In this document: positions 1 to 9,495 of the stretch, piece by piece | How the letters are laid out: each line of letters begins with the position of its first letter | Position numbering within the stretch: the stretch's first letter is position 1 | Source: Wickerhamiella versatilis | Taxonomy: Eukaryota | Direction: 5' to 3' | Assembly (NCBI GenBank): GCA_030867685.1 | Contig: JAQOWU010000003.1 | Span: forward strand, 744,001-808,000 | Length of the DNA: 64,000 nt | Notes under the pieces: model-generated | Databases searched by the model: none | What the model was told of the DNA's origin: nothing | What the model saw: only the letters and a program-made list of their open reading frames with translations | Program-made: the position numbers and the translations under genes

Positions 1-18
1 GAACTAGATATACATAAT

Positions 19-1965
19 TTATGCATCTACTACTTTACTGAGTGACATTGTCTTTCCTTTACCTCGTCCCTGTGGCCCTAAAGGTTTACGCGGTCTTTTC
101 GTTGCCAAATCCGTCTTTTTCTTCTTCTTGGACTGGACGGCATCTAACGCCGACTCCATGGGACGGCCTGCTACAACAGAGTTAGGTTGCGAAAGCATTG
201 CCTGTGCAACATTAACTGTACCACCAGTAAGATACTTCCGACCAAAAACTATCTTCGTCGTCAACAGCTGCTTGAGCTCAGCTCGTAACCTTTGCAGATT
301 GTCAGCTGGTCGATTGTACTCCTCCTCATCATCTGAGGACAGATCTACGCCCAAATCCTCAGCTGCTTTGGCCTCCCAAGCCTTCGATTTTCCAAATTTT
401 GTATTAGCTGCCGCAGCATCAGCAATCTTCTTTGCCAACGAAATGCGATCTCGCAGTCGATCAATTACAGCGTAATCGACATCGAATAATTTGGGCTTTG
501 CTCCTACTAACTTAGCCAAACGAGGCAAGGGGCCTGATGACTCTTGAGGCGAACACAACACAACCGAAACACCCTGGTTCCCGGCGCGTGCAGTTCGTCC
601 TGAGCGATGAATATACATGTCTGCCGTACGTGGCAGGTGATAGTGCACCACATGGTCTACAAATGGCACGTCAAGACCTCGAGCAGCAACATCTGTTCCT
701 ACCAATATTGCATGGGGCGAGGCTTTAAAGCGTTCAAGAGATCGTAACCGCTGTTTCTGCGCCATATCACTATGTACACCAAATGCTTCTAATCCCAATT
801 CTTTCAAGAGCGGTGTCACCCTTTTAACACTGTCAATACTATTAACAAATGCGATAGTTTTTCCCGGGTAGAGAAGGCAAAAGTAGTAAAGCAGTAAATC
901 TTTTTCATGAGCAGCACACTCAATTACGGCTTGATGAATCTGAGGCGCTACCTTTTCGTTGGGATCAGCATCAACAAACTGAGTGCGTTTTTTTAGGCCC
1001 AACTTTTCTGTCAATACTTCGTGGATGCTGGGTACTCGTTTCCGCTTTTTGGAATTGCTAAGATTCGTCCAGAGCTCCGGCTCAAAGGTTGCACTGAACA
1101 CTAAGTTTTGTGGCCTAGGGCGCCCCAAAATATTTAATACGGACTCAAGCTCCTGGAATGCATTGGCCTGAACAAGCCTATCAGCCTCATCCAGGACTAA
1201 TGTGGGAATCTGCTGCCAGTCACGTGTCGCTGCACTATCCAAGCTCTCCAATACCTCGAGCAAACGTCCAGGGGTGGCCACTATCACAGCAGGATGGTTT
1301 TTCTCAAGCTGGCGCAATTGCTTTTGGATTGCAAGCCCACCAGTCACTGCCACAATCTTGGACGGTTCCAACATGGAGGAATTCGTACAGACTGCAGACA
1401 GATGATCCTTAATTTGATGTGCAAGCTCTCTTGTGGGTGCGATCACCAGTCCTCGTGAGCCATTATTGAGGTAAGCATCTAACATTGGCAGGCCGTAAGC
1501 TAGTGTCTTACCAGATCCTGTAGCAGCCTTTCCAATTACATCAAGTCCTTGGCATGCTAGTGGTATTGTCTCTTTCTGGATAGCAGTGGGTTCTAAATAA
1601 TTCATTTTCTTCAAAGCGGTCAATAGAACTGGGCTAAGTTTCGGCCACTGCCCTAGTTCAGAAATTTCAGGTTCAGGTTCAAGGGACGACAGGGCTTCAA
1701 AGCCAGTCTCCAGGCGGTCATCCGTCTTACCCGGGGGCTTTCCCGCCTTTTTAGCCTTATTTTTCTTTTTCTGGCCACCTTCCTTCTTCGAACTCTTCGG
1801 AAGAAATCGAGTCTTTCCATTCTCTCGTTCGACGGCTACATCGTCCACTTCTTCCAGTCCATAAAAAATCTCGTTATCGTCGATGGCACCAATGTCATCA
1901 TCTATGCGCGTCCATCCGAGATTTTCAGGGTTCTGAGACCTGTCTTCATCATCAGAATGTGCCAT
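19..1965 (-). CDS. MAK5: DEAD-box RNA helicase, 60S biogenesis (DDX24 family)
   Basis: Motifs PTAIQ, AATGSGKTLAYGLP, PTRELA, TPGRL, DEAD, SAT, HRSGRTAR; N-terminal FYGLEEVDDV motif typical of Mak5. First ATG is at 1965 (ORF track starts at a GTG). Confidence 0.9.
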   Translation of the reverse strand: MAHSDDEDRSQNPENLGWTRIDDDIGAIDDNEIFYGLEEVDDVAVERENGKTRFLPKSSKKEGGQKKKNKAKKAGKPPGKTDDRLETGFEALSSLEPEPEISELGQWPKLSPVLLTALKKMNYLEPTAIQKETIPLACQGLDVIGKAATGSGKTLAYGLPMLDAYLNNGSRGLVIAPTRELAHQIKDHLSAVCTNSSMLEPSKIVAVTGGLAIQKQLRQLEKNHPAVIVATPGRLLEVLESLDSAATRDWQQIPTLVLDEADRLVQANAFQELESVLNILGRPRPQNLVFSATFEPELWTNLSNSKKRKRVPSIHEVLTEKLGLKKRTQFVDADPNEKVAPQIHQAVIECAAHEKDLLLYYFCLLYPGKTIAFVNSIDSVKRVTPLLKELGLEAFGVHSDMAQKQRLRSLERFKASPHAILVGTDVAARGLDVPFVDHVVHYHLPRTADMYIHRSGRTARAGNQGVSVVLCSPQESSGPLPRLAKLVGAKPKLFDVDYAVIDRLRDRISLAKKIADAAAANTKFGKSKAWEAKAAEDLGVDLSSDDEEEYNRPADNLQRLRAELKQLLTTKIVFGRKYLTGGTVNVAQAMLSQPNSVVAGRPMESALDAVQSKKKKKTDLATKRPRKPLGPQGRGKGKTMSLSKVVDA

Positions 1966-2010
1966 TACCACCTTCGCAGCGAAAAAAGATTATATAACCA
2001 AATTGTTCTC

Positions 2011-2406
2011 ATGAGCAAGGTAGTTAAATCGGCAGCCGAGTGGCGAACGCTCCTGACTCCCGCGCAATTTAAAGTACTTCGAGAGAAATCAACAGAGCGT
2101 GCATATACTGGCGAGTATGACAATTTCTTCAAGAAAGGGGTGTATAATTGCGCAGGATGTGGAAACCCATTGTATAGAAGTGACACAAAGTTCGACAGTG
2201 GCTGCGGATGGCCTGCATTCTTTAAAGCCATTCCGGGTGCCATAAACCTCCACCAGGATCGCGCATTTGGTATGTTGAGGACAGAAATGACCTGCGCTAA
2301 ATGTAGTGGACACCTTGGCCATGTATTCTACGATGAAGGGTTTAAAAACCCTACCAACGAGCGCCACTGTGTTAACTCCATAAGTCTAAAGTTTGAAGAC
2401 GAGTAA
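2011..2406 (+). CDS. MXR2: Peptide methionine-R-sulfoxide reductase MsrB
   Basis: Two Zn-binding CxxC pairs, KFDSGCGWPAF, HLGHVF and catalytic RHCVNS. Start placed at MSKVVK. Confidence 0.93.
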   Translation: MSKVVKSAAEWRTLLTPAQFKVLREKSTERAYTGEYDNFFKKGVYNCAGCGNPLYRSDTKFDSGCGWPAFFKAIPGAINLHQDRAFGMLRTEMTCAKCSGHLGHVFYDEGFKNPTNERHCVNSISLKFEDE

Positions 2407-2498
2407 TTCCAAAACTGCTCATTGTTCGTGAAAAAAAAACAATGCCCTTATCCCTACCACCATATGTTGCTCTGCTAACTTGACTCTCCAGAAAGCAA

Positions 2499-2597
2499 GG
2501 CAGTGTGGCCGAGTGGTTAAGGCGAGAGATTAGAATCTCCAGATAGCTTGCTATCTCTTGGGCTCTGCCCTCGCAGGTTCGAATCCTGCCGCTGTCG
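2499..2597 (+). tRNA. tRNA-Ser(AGA) with a 17-nt intron (2536-2552)
   Basis: Acceptor stem GGCAGTG/CGCTGTC plus G73; A-box TGGCCGAGTGG; anticodon stem AGAGA/TCTCT with AGA at 2532-2534; long variable arm GGGCTCTGCCC; B-box GGTTCGAATCC. Confidence 0.95.
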
Positions 2598-2605
2598 TCA
2601 TTATA

Positions 2606-2611
2606 TTTTTT
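2606..2611 (+). terminator. Pol III oligo-T terminator of the tRNA
   Basis: T6 run 8 nt after the discriminator base. Confidence 0.75.
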
Positions 2612-2767
2612 GCTCTCAGTATGAATTGACTTGTCATTGATGAGTTTTAACTTTTTTCTATGAGTTACATCCACATGACACTCATCCTGCTTTGCACATT
2701 TGATATATACGCAGCATAGCGTGGTGAGGTGGAAGTGGTGATGGTGGTTCCGTGACTAAGCGGATCC

Positions 2768-4318
2768 ATGGGTGCGGCGGAGTCACGCATTGACCTGAGG
2801 TCGCGCTTCACGAGGCTTTTGACAGAAAATGATATTAGCAGCGATGATCCAGGATGGAGCAGCATACTTAATCCTTCTCTGGAGCTTGCTGAGCTTTTCT
2901 CACTTGTAACGTCTCAAGATGTCCGGACCTTGCGTGACAAGCACCCAGAAAATTTTGAGACCCTTTTGGTGGTGGCTGCCGAGCGTCTTCGTCATCTGTC
3001 GAAAGCTCCGTCAGTTTCTGCGCCAATATCATCTTGCATTCGTGTTCTGACAAGGGCATTGCCTTGTGCATATGAGCTTCAAAGCGACCCGTGGCCTTCA
3101 CGCTTCATCTGGGAGAACTCAGAGATAGGAGAGTCGCTGGCAGATATTCTATTCCAGTTATTGGCGGCTCCTGGGTTTGCCGTCCCATTGGGCTCCCAGC
3201 ATAAGGTCTGGTGTTCAGGGCTTGGGGGTATCGACATTGGGGCAGCTAGCGCGTCAAATGCACAGCACCTGCAGTACCGTCGCGAGGCAATCATATGTCT
3301 GTTGGCGCTATTGTCAGGACCAATGTATTCGCTCTCTGAGGGCCCTGGTCTTTCGTACGTGACAAAGAAGCTGGATAAGTCGATTGCCATGACCGTGATG
3401 CTTTCTATATTAAACTTTGGACTTACAACGGAGTCTAAAATCTGGAATTTTTTTGATGAATCGTCTGTGAGACTTGCACATTTGAGCTTATCGCTTTTAT
3501 TACTGTTAGTGAGCCAACCATCATCCCAGTTTCGGCGATTCCTAGCACGAATTCATCGCGGAAGTGATGTGGCGCTCCTCACAAACTGTCTAACGTCTCG
3601 ATGCCATGAGGACGTAGTCTATGCTGCACTGCTCTGGGAGCTGGTGCAGGCGAACGAAATCTGCCGGCAGCAAATTGTTAGTTCTGAGCTTGCCCGTAAT
3701 TTGACGCAAGCAGTTGCATCGCACCGGAAAACGCCCGAGTGCGCAGAACATGTGCGGATTATAACTTATACTATGCTAACATTGACACAGCATAGTCCTC
3801 AATTCGCGGATTGGTTGTGGCCGTCCCTCATACCTCTTGTGGAGGCACCAGTTGATTTGCATACGGCTGCTTTGCTCGATGTACTCTATAATTGCTCCCC
3901 GAATGTTTCCCTGACGAACGAGGAAGTGGACAAATTCGCGGCTTTTTCACGATCACTGAAATCGGTCATGCTCCGAACTTCTGCGAAACAGGCTGCCTCG
4001 CATTTCCAGGCAGAGATTCCATCAGACTGTAGGGACACCTCGCCATCCGTTTGGGAGCCACTGGGGTTTGTCTGGTCCCGCCCCCAGCTCCTTTGGTACT
4101 CTGCAGCCTTATGGGGACATGTATACCAGCAGGTGCCACATATCTGGAGTGGGACCAGTATCGAGTTATTCAAACTAGAACACTTCAAGCAAAATCCTTC
4201 CTTGCGTAGACCGCAAGGCGCTGTAGATGCTGCGGCTGATGTTGCTGTTAGCGCTATTCGTGGCATCATGGAGCGTTATTGGCCTGGCGCTGCCGCCAAT
4301 CCTGGTGAATCGTCATGA
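2768..4318 (+). CDS. HID1/Ecm30-family (dymeclin-like) Golgi protein
   Basis: Myristoylation-type start MGAAES, DDPGW motif, and C-terminal LWGHVY...WSGTSIELFK resemble fungal HID1. Confidence 0.75.
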   Translation: MGAAESRIDLRSRFTRLLTENDISSDDPGWSSILNPSLELAELFSLVTSQDVRTLRDKHPENFETLLVVAAERLRHLSKAPSVSAPISSCIRVLTRALPCAYELQSDPWPSRFIWENSEIGESLADILFQLLAAPGFAVPLGSQHKVWCSGLGGIDIGAASASNAQHLQYRREAIICLLALLSGPMYSLSEGPGLSYVTKKLDKSIAMTVMLSILNFGLTTESKIWNFFDESSVRLAHLSLSLLLLLVSQPSSQFRRFLARIHRGSDVALLTNCLTSRCHEDVVYAALLWELVQANEICRQQIVSSELARNLTQAVASHRKTPECAEHVRIITYTMLTLTQHSPQFADWLWPSLIPLVEAPVDLHTAALLDVLYNCSPNVSLTNEEVDKFAAFSRSLKSVMLRTSAKQAASHFQAEIPSDCRDTSPSVWEPLGFVWSRPQLLWYSAALWGHVYQQVPHIWSGTSIELFKLEHFKQNPSLRRPQGAVDAAADVAVSAIRGIMERYWPGAAANPGESS

Positions 4319-4376
4319 TGCATACAAACATATCTATACATACACATATTATCTCTAATTCTTAGCCGCAAGAAGC

Positions 4377-4946
4377 TTATCTTCGTTTTTTTTGTACCAC
4401 AGTAAAGCCGTCGTCGTCCACTATAGGTTCATTACGCGGCTCTTGCACCATCTTCTGGTCTGCCTCTCCGGCCTGATCCATCTCTTCACCTTCATCGTCG
4501 GAACCTTCCTCGTCGGAAGAAACCTCTGCAGTTCCAATGTTCTTAGCAGCACCAGTTTCTGCTCGTTTCTGAAGGCGCTGATAAAGTGATTCAATTACTT
4601 CATAAGACTGTTTTTCACAACTGTCCCAACTTGCAAGCACTGCCTCGGCGACTAGCGCTGCAGTTCCCGTCTCGATATCTGCATCGAATTCATCTTGCAT
4701 GATTCCCAATAAGCGGTATTCAACATCCTCCAAGGCTACTTCTGCGCTTGTAAAAAGATCCAAAATACTCCCGACGGTCCACTCACGCTTTTCAGCTGAC
4801 TCGGGTCCTCCCCAACCATTGTCCACCGCAATCGCGAGTTCGTCCCATAAAAATATCGCACAAGCAACCCCAAGCTCAAACCTTGCCTGTTGCTTGGGAT
4901 CTGCAAATTGAAGCGAAGGCGTTTTTCGGACAATCGCTGGTCCCAT
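4377..4946 (-). CDS. TSR2: Pre-rRNA processing factor / Rps26 escortin
   Basis: WGG domain (VDNGWGGPESAEKREW) and C-terminal VDDDGFTVVQKK. Confidence 0.92.
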   Translation of the reverse strand: MGPAIVRKTPSLQFADPKQQARFELGVACAIFLWDELAIAVDNGWGGPESAEKREWTVGSILDLFTSAEVALEDVEYRLLGIMQDEFDADIETGTAALVAEAVLASWDSCEKQSYEVIESLYQRLQKRAETGAAKNIGTAEVSSDEEGSDDEGEEMDQAGEADQKMVQEPRNEPIVDDDGFTVVQKKRR

Positions 4947-4984
4947 AAAAAGTAGAAATAATTCTGATTATCTAATGCTGCAAT

Positions 4985-6595
4985 ATGCGGAATCGCACGA
5001 TATACGTCACCCCAGATGGGGAGCGCCTGAGTACCCGCAAGCGCCTTGTTGATAGCGTGCCTTATCCAGCACATCATATTCCAACAGATGAAGAGGTCTT
5101 TGAAGCATCTGGTAAGCCACGCCTGGAATTTCTGCGAGACCACTTCTTCCACGAGGGTCGTCTCTCCGAAAAGCAAGTCCTACGTATAGTCGAGGGTGGC
5201 ACACGTGTTCTTGCTCAAGAGCCAAATGTCCTTCATATTGACGCACCCATTACAGTTTGTGGCGATATCCATGGCCAGTATTATGATCTTCTCAAATTGT
5301 TTGAAGTTGGTGGCAGCGCTTCAAATACACGGTATCTTTTCATGGGGGACTATGTTGATCGGGGATATTTCAGCATAGAGTGTCTGCTGTATTTGTGGGC
5401 ACACAAAATATGCTTCCCGAACTCCCTATGGCTATTACGTGGTAACCACGAGTGTCGCCACCTGACAAGCTATTTCACGTTTCGTGCCGAATGTGACCAC
5501 AAGTATTCTGACACTGTATATGATGCATGTATGACGGCTTTTGATGCGTTACCTTTGGCAGCTGTTATGAACAAGCAGTTTTTCTGTGTCCATGGTGGAT
5601 TGTCACCTTATCTCCATACCTTGGAAGATATTGAACGACTTGATCGCTTCAGAGAACCGCCAACTAAGGGTCTTTTGTGCGATTTGCTGTGGGCTGATCC
5701 CCATGAGGATTTCGGAGAAGAACCTGATCCCGAGGTTGAGTATTCGCATAACAATGTCCGAGGTTGTTCATATTTTTTCACCTTCAAGGCCGCATGTACT
5801 TTTCTACGACGTAATGAGTTACTCTCTGTCATTAGGGCACACGAGGCCCAAGATGCTGGGTATCGTACTTACCGTAAGAATGAAGCCACCGGATTTCCAG
5901 CTGTAATGACCATCTTCAGCGCACCGAATTATCTTGATGCTTATAACAATAAGGCAGCTGTTCTGAAATATGAAAAAAACATTCTGAACATTCGTCAATT
6001 CAACAGCTCACCACATCCTTACTGGCTTCCGAACTTTATGGATGTGTTCACGTGGTCCCTTCCATTCGTCGGCGAGAAAGTGAGTGAAATGCTCATGGGC
6101 ATTCTAAACACTTGCAGCCAGGAGGAACTGCAGGAAAATCCCCCTTCGGCAAGACAAAGCGAAAAGGTCATGGTTTCTGTGGTAGGAAAGAAGGCAGAGG
6201 AGACCGATCGCTCGACTTCCAGTCGTGCAAGACCACCGGAGGATGTCAAGGCTGAGCTACGCAATAAAATCATGGCCATCGGCAGGATATCACGCATGTT
6301 CAGCGTGCTGCGCGAGGAGTCTGAGCTTATTACAGAATTTAAGGGGCGTACCGGGGCTCGTCTACCCAAAGGATCACTTCTTCTGGGTACCGCGGGGCTG
6401 CGTGATCAAATATCGTCATTTGAAGAGGCTAGAAAGGCGGACATATCCAACGAGAGTATGCCGCCCACAGATAGTCCTACTGATTCTGCCCATCAGGGAT
6501 TAAAGAGACAGACTAGCTTCAAGAAGCCAGCTCCTGTCTCTACCGGCTCGTTCCAAAAACGCCTGGATGGTCTTTCTCGACGTTTGAGCCGCTAA
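4985..6595 (+). CDS. CNA1: Calcineurin A catalytic subunit (PP2B)
   Basis: GDIHGQ, GDYVDRG, RGNHE, SAPNYLD; CnB-binding FTWSLPF; calmodulin-binding [16 protein letters not shown]; autoinhibitory SFEEARKAD. Confidence 0.96.
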   Translation: MRNRTIYVTPDGERLSTRKRLVDSVPYPAHHIPTDEEVFEASGKPRLEFLRDHFFHEGRLSEKQVLRIVEGGTRVLAQEPNVLHIDAPITVCGDIHGQYYDLLKLFEVGGSASNTRYLFMGDYVDRGYFSIECLLYLWAHKICFPNSLWLLRGNHECRHLTSYFTFRAECDHKYSDTVYDACMTAFDALPLAAVMNKQFFCVHGGLSPYLHTLEDIERLDRFREPPTKGLLCDLLWADPHEDFGEEPDPEVEYSHNNVRGCSYFFTFKAACTFLRRNELLSVIRAHEAQDAGYRTYRKNEATGFPAVMTIFSAPNYLDAYNNKAAVLKYEKNILNIRQFNSSPHPYWLPNFMDVFTWSLPFVGEKVSEMLMGILNTCSQEELQENPPSARQSEKVMVSVVGKKAEETDRSTSSRARPPEDVKAELRNKIMAIGRISRMFSVLREESELITEFKGRTGARLPKGSLLLGTAGLRDQISSFEEARKADISNESMPPTDSPTDSAHQGLKRQTSFKKPAPVSTGSFQKRLDGLSRRLSR

Positions 6596-6733
6596 ATTAT
6601 TTATAGCTCGGCATATAGTCATGCCCATTACCTAGATTAAGCTAGGGTGTTCTTATTGTCATTTAATGGGAAGCCAAGCCACCAATCTGCAATCCAGAAC
6701 AGGCTATAGATCCAATTAAATCCCTTTATTACC

Positions 6734-7243
6734 TTATTCTCTCCGTCTTTTCCCCAATATTTGGTTTTGTTCAAACTTCACGCTGGCCGAGGCACTGGGA
6801 CCATCCAAGGTCTCTTCCCCGAGATCATCCGCATCGCCCGACTCAAGAGGACCTAGCGATGCATCGGCATCAAAGCCCTCGGTATTGTCCCCTTCATGAT
6901 AAGAGGCCCTCTCTGAACAAGCTGTCAAAGCCTGGTACAGATCCGACGCTTTGTGCGATCTTAGATGCAGTAATTCACCATTATTTACCTGCATCAGTAC
7001 TTCATTATGGGCACTACCAACAAAAGATAGTTCATTATAAGCGATTAACGACCCACTATTTGTATTTCTGGACCAGATGTATACACCATTAGAGGCTACC
7101 CAGCAACTTGTCTCATCATCAACATCCTCGGCCAGCCACAGCACAGGAGCCTCTTCGAGGGCAAATGACCTAGGTGTCGACGATTGATATTCAGATAATG
7201 GTACAAAATCTGTATGTTGAGGCTCTGAGTGGAGCGCGTGCAT
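6734..7243 (-). CDS. LOT5: Lot5/pICln-like (Voldacs domain) protein
   Basis: FVPLSEYQSSTPRSF motif, PH-like core, LYQALTACS, acidic tail. First ATG is at 7243. Confidence 0.7.
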   Translation of the reverse strand: MHALHSEPQHTDFVPLSEYQSSTPRSFALEEAPVLWLAEDVDDETSCWVASNGVYIWSRNTNSGSLIAYNELSFVGSAHNEVLMQVNNGELLHLRSHKASDLYQALTACSERASYHEGDNTEGFDADASLGPLESGDADDLGEETLDGPSASASVKFEQNQILGKRRRE

Positions 7244-7556
7244 ATGTTGCGCGCCTCCAACCACTCACTTCTTGACTAATGCTATTATGGTAAAACAATT
7301 GTCCTACTCATAACTATGCAACTCTATCAGATACAATTTAAACTGAATCGCAACATGTAATTGATTGACTGGTTGTTGTTTTTTTAAAACGATAAAATTC
7401 AAGTAATCACAGGCTGAAATCTCTTTGTTATGAATGCAAATTGAGCAGCACAGGAAATGGAGATCCGTCTCAGTGATCTAGCACTAAAATTCCACGATAC
7501 TCACAAAGACTACATAAGAATTAGATGGATAATAGCATTTTCTAGATTCTAAATGA

Positions 7557-8831
7557 TCACGACTTAAAATATTGTGCTCCCAGGCTCAACTTTGCCATCG
7601 CCTCGGTCAAGACATTACGGACATTTTCCGCAGACGTATCGACCAGTTTTGTGGCAGTTTCGGCGAGACCTTCATCGCTCAGAGTCTCCACCAGGCGGTC
7701 AACGTCAGTAAGCATAAGTGGATCTTCCTTTCCAGTACCCAAAAATTCGGAGGCACCGAGCGAATTACGGATGGCGCGCTTGTTCTTCTTCTTGGCTGAT
7801 TTCGCAGCCTCCTTAGCCTTCTTAGCAGATTCCTTCGACTTCTTTGAATCTTCGGCTTCTTGCTTGGCTTTAGCTTCAGCCTCAGCCTTCTCTTTGGCTT
7901 CCCGTTCAGCCTGTTCACGGGAGCCCGATTCACGTTCCCATTTGCGCTGCGCCTTAGCCTTCTTTTCGGCCTCCTTAAACAGCTTTATCCGAGGGTCTTC
8001 ATTCAAAGCAGTGTCAACAAGCTTGTGGATGCGGCCATTATCGTCCTTCTTCCGCTTGTTTCGTGCAGCTTTGTTCTTCTTCTCGATATACCGCTTGTTG
8101 TCACGATTTGACGAGTCGTCTGGAACATCCTCATCCAGCCACTCAAAACTTCGCCAGGAATCGAAGTTGTACCAGAAGTTGTAGAATGCATCCACCTCTG
8201 GCTTGGGCGTATCAATTGTGCCCAACTCGGGTACTGGTTTTTTGGTCGAGAACCTTCCCTCGGCTTCAAATACAGGAGCCCAACGAGCGAAAAACTCCTT
8301 ATCCTTCTTAGAAACAGGAACTTCTGCTGCGCTGTCGATTGAGTCGAACTGTCGGCGTTTCGCAGGATCTGTCAAAGTCTCAAACGCCTTCTGGATCAAC
8401 TTGAAGAAACCATCCTCATCACCAGCGCCCTCAGCAGCCTTTTTATCAGGATGATGCCTCAGTACCTGTCGGCGATGAGCGCGACGAATGTTATCGTCGG
8501 TGGCACGCCAGCGCAGCTTGCCAAGGCCAAGCACGGCATATTGATCTGCGCTCTTCCAGTCTTTTGGATCATGCTTCAGCAAATAAGGATCCACATGGTC
8601 ATCAAAAAACGCATCATCGCCTGAACCATCCTCAGTTTGTTTGACATTTCGCTCAGCTTCAATTTTTTCATCTTCGCTGAACGTACGGCCTCGCAGGGTC
8701 CGTCTTGCGTGTGCGAGAAAGCCAGGTCCAATAGGCTCTATGCTGCGTTTAGCAGTTTCACTTAGCTCTCCGGCCGCAGCTGGTTGCCAATTCTCGGGCA
8801 ACGCAGGAAGCTTTATGGAGGTAGCAGTCAT
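7557..8831 (-). CDS. ZUO1: Zuotin, ribosome-associated J-protein
   Basis: IEPIGPGFLAHARR, J-domain HHPDK, FYNFWYNFDSWRSFE, charged RAC head. Confidence 0.96.
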   Translation of the reverse strand: MTATSIKLPALPENWQPAAAGELSETAKRSIEPIGPGFLAHARRTLRGRTFSEDEKIEAERNVKQTEDGSGDDAFFDDHVDPYLLKHDPKDWKSADQYAVLGLGKLRWRATDDNIRRAHRRQVLRHHPDKKAAEGAGDEDGFFKLIQKAFETLTDPAKRRQFDSIDSAAEVPVSKKDKEFFARWAPVFEAEGRFSTKKPVPELGTIDTPKPEVDAFYNFWYNFDSWRSFEWLDEDVPDDSSNRDNKRYIEKKNKAARNKRKKDDNGRIHKLVDTALNEDPRIKLFKEAEKKAKAQRKWERESGSREQAEREAKEKAEAEAKAKQEAEDSKKSKESAKKAKEAAKSAKKKNKRAIRNSLGASEFLGTGKEDPLMLTDVDRLVETLSDEGLAETATKLVDTSAENVRNVLTEAMAKLSLGAQYFKS

Positions 8832-8866
8832 GGAATATTTTTACAAAAGTCTAGATGATGTAATCT

Positions 8867-9457
8867 ATGGATGTAGCATTGAATACAGGAAGCCTTTGCG
8901 TGGTAACCTCTTATCCTGAGGTTAATGCGGAATGGTGTGTGTCTGAACTTTTAAATGATGGAGTAATTGTGGGGTTTTCAAGAAAGCCCTCAGTATCTCC
9001 ACCAAGAAAATGCTTAGATCTGTCGGACAAGATCTTCTCACCTAGATTTGCACTTCCTGATATTGTTACGGAGACAACAGATGCAAGTGCTGTCGGGTTG
9101 ATTTATCCAGATATTCTGGTGCAGTCTGACCGCTTTACAGCAGATGATCTTTTAGATGTTGTTAATACCCTTCTTGGCCGAGGGCAAACAGTAGTTATTG
9201 TTTGCAACATATCCACTGCACTTCTCAACGAGAATTACCCGATTGGTAGGGAACAAAACCGGCTTGTCACAGCTCTCTTGCATAAGTGCCATACAACTGT
9301 GAGTGTGCGTCCGTTTAAGACTGGCAGGGCTGATGACACCACTGGTGTTGTTATAATTGGGCCCGGTCCTCGTGCTAATAAGAGAGAAATACTTGATTAT
9401 GTTTATACCGTGAAAACTAACGGTAAGGTCGCAGTTGTCCCGCGGGCATCTACATAG
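8867..9457 (+). CDS. ELP6: Elongator subunit 6-like (divergent, short)
   Basis: C-terminal VRPFKTGRADDTTGVV matches the Elp6 L.TG.A.D..G motif. Confidence 0.65.
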   Translation: MDVALNTGSLCVVTSYPEVNAEWCVSELLNDGVIVGFSRKPSVSPPRKCLDLSDKIFSPRFALPDIVTETTDASAVGLIYPDILVQSDRFTADDLLDVVNTLLGRGQTVVIVCNISTALLNENYPIGREQNRLVTALLHKCHTTVSVRPFKTGRADDTTGVVIIGPGPRANKREILDYVYTVKTNGKVAVVPRAST

Positions 9458-9495
9458 AGGGAAACAGAATTAATTACGTAATTTTTATTTGCACC

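Noticed and set aside
2473-2491. Branch point/3' splice-site-like TGCTAAC...CAG just before the tRNA
   Set aside because: No matching 5' splice site or exon; likely chance.
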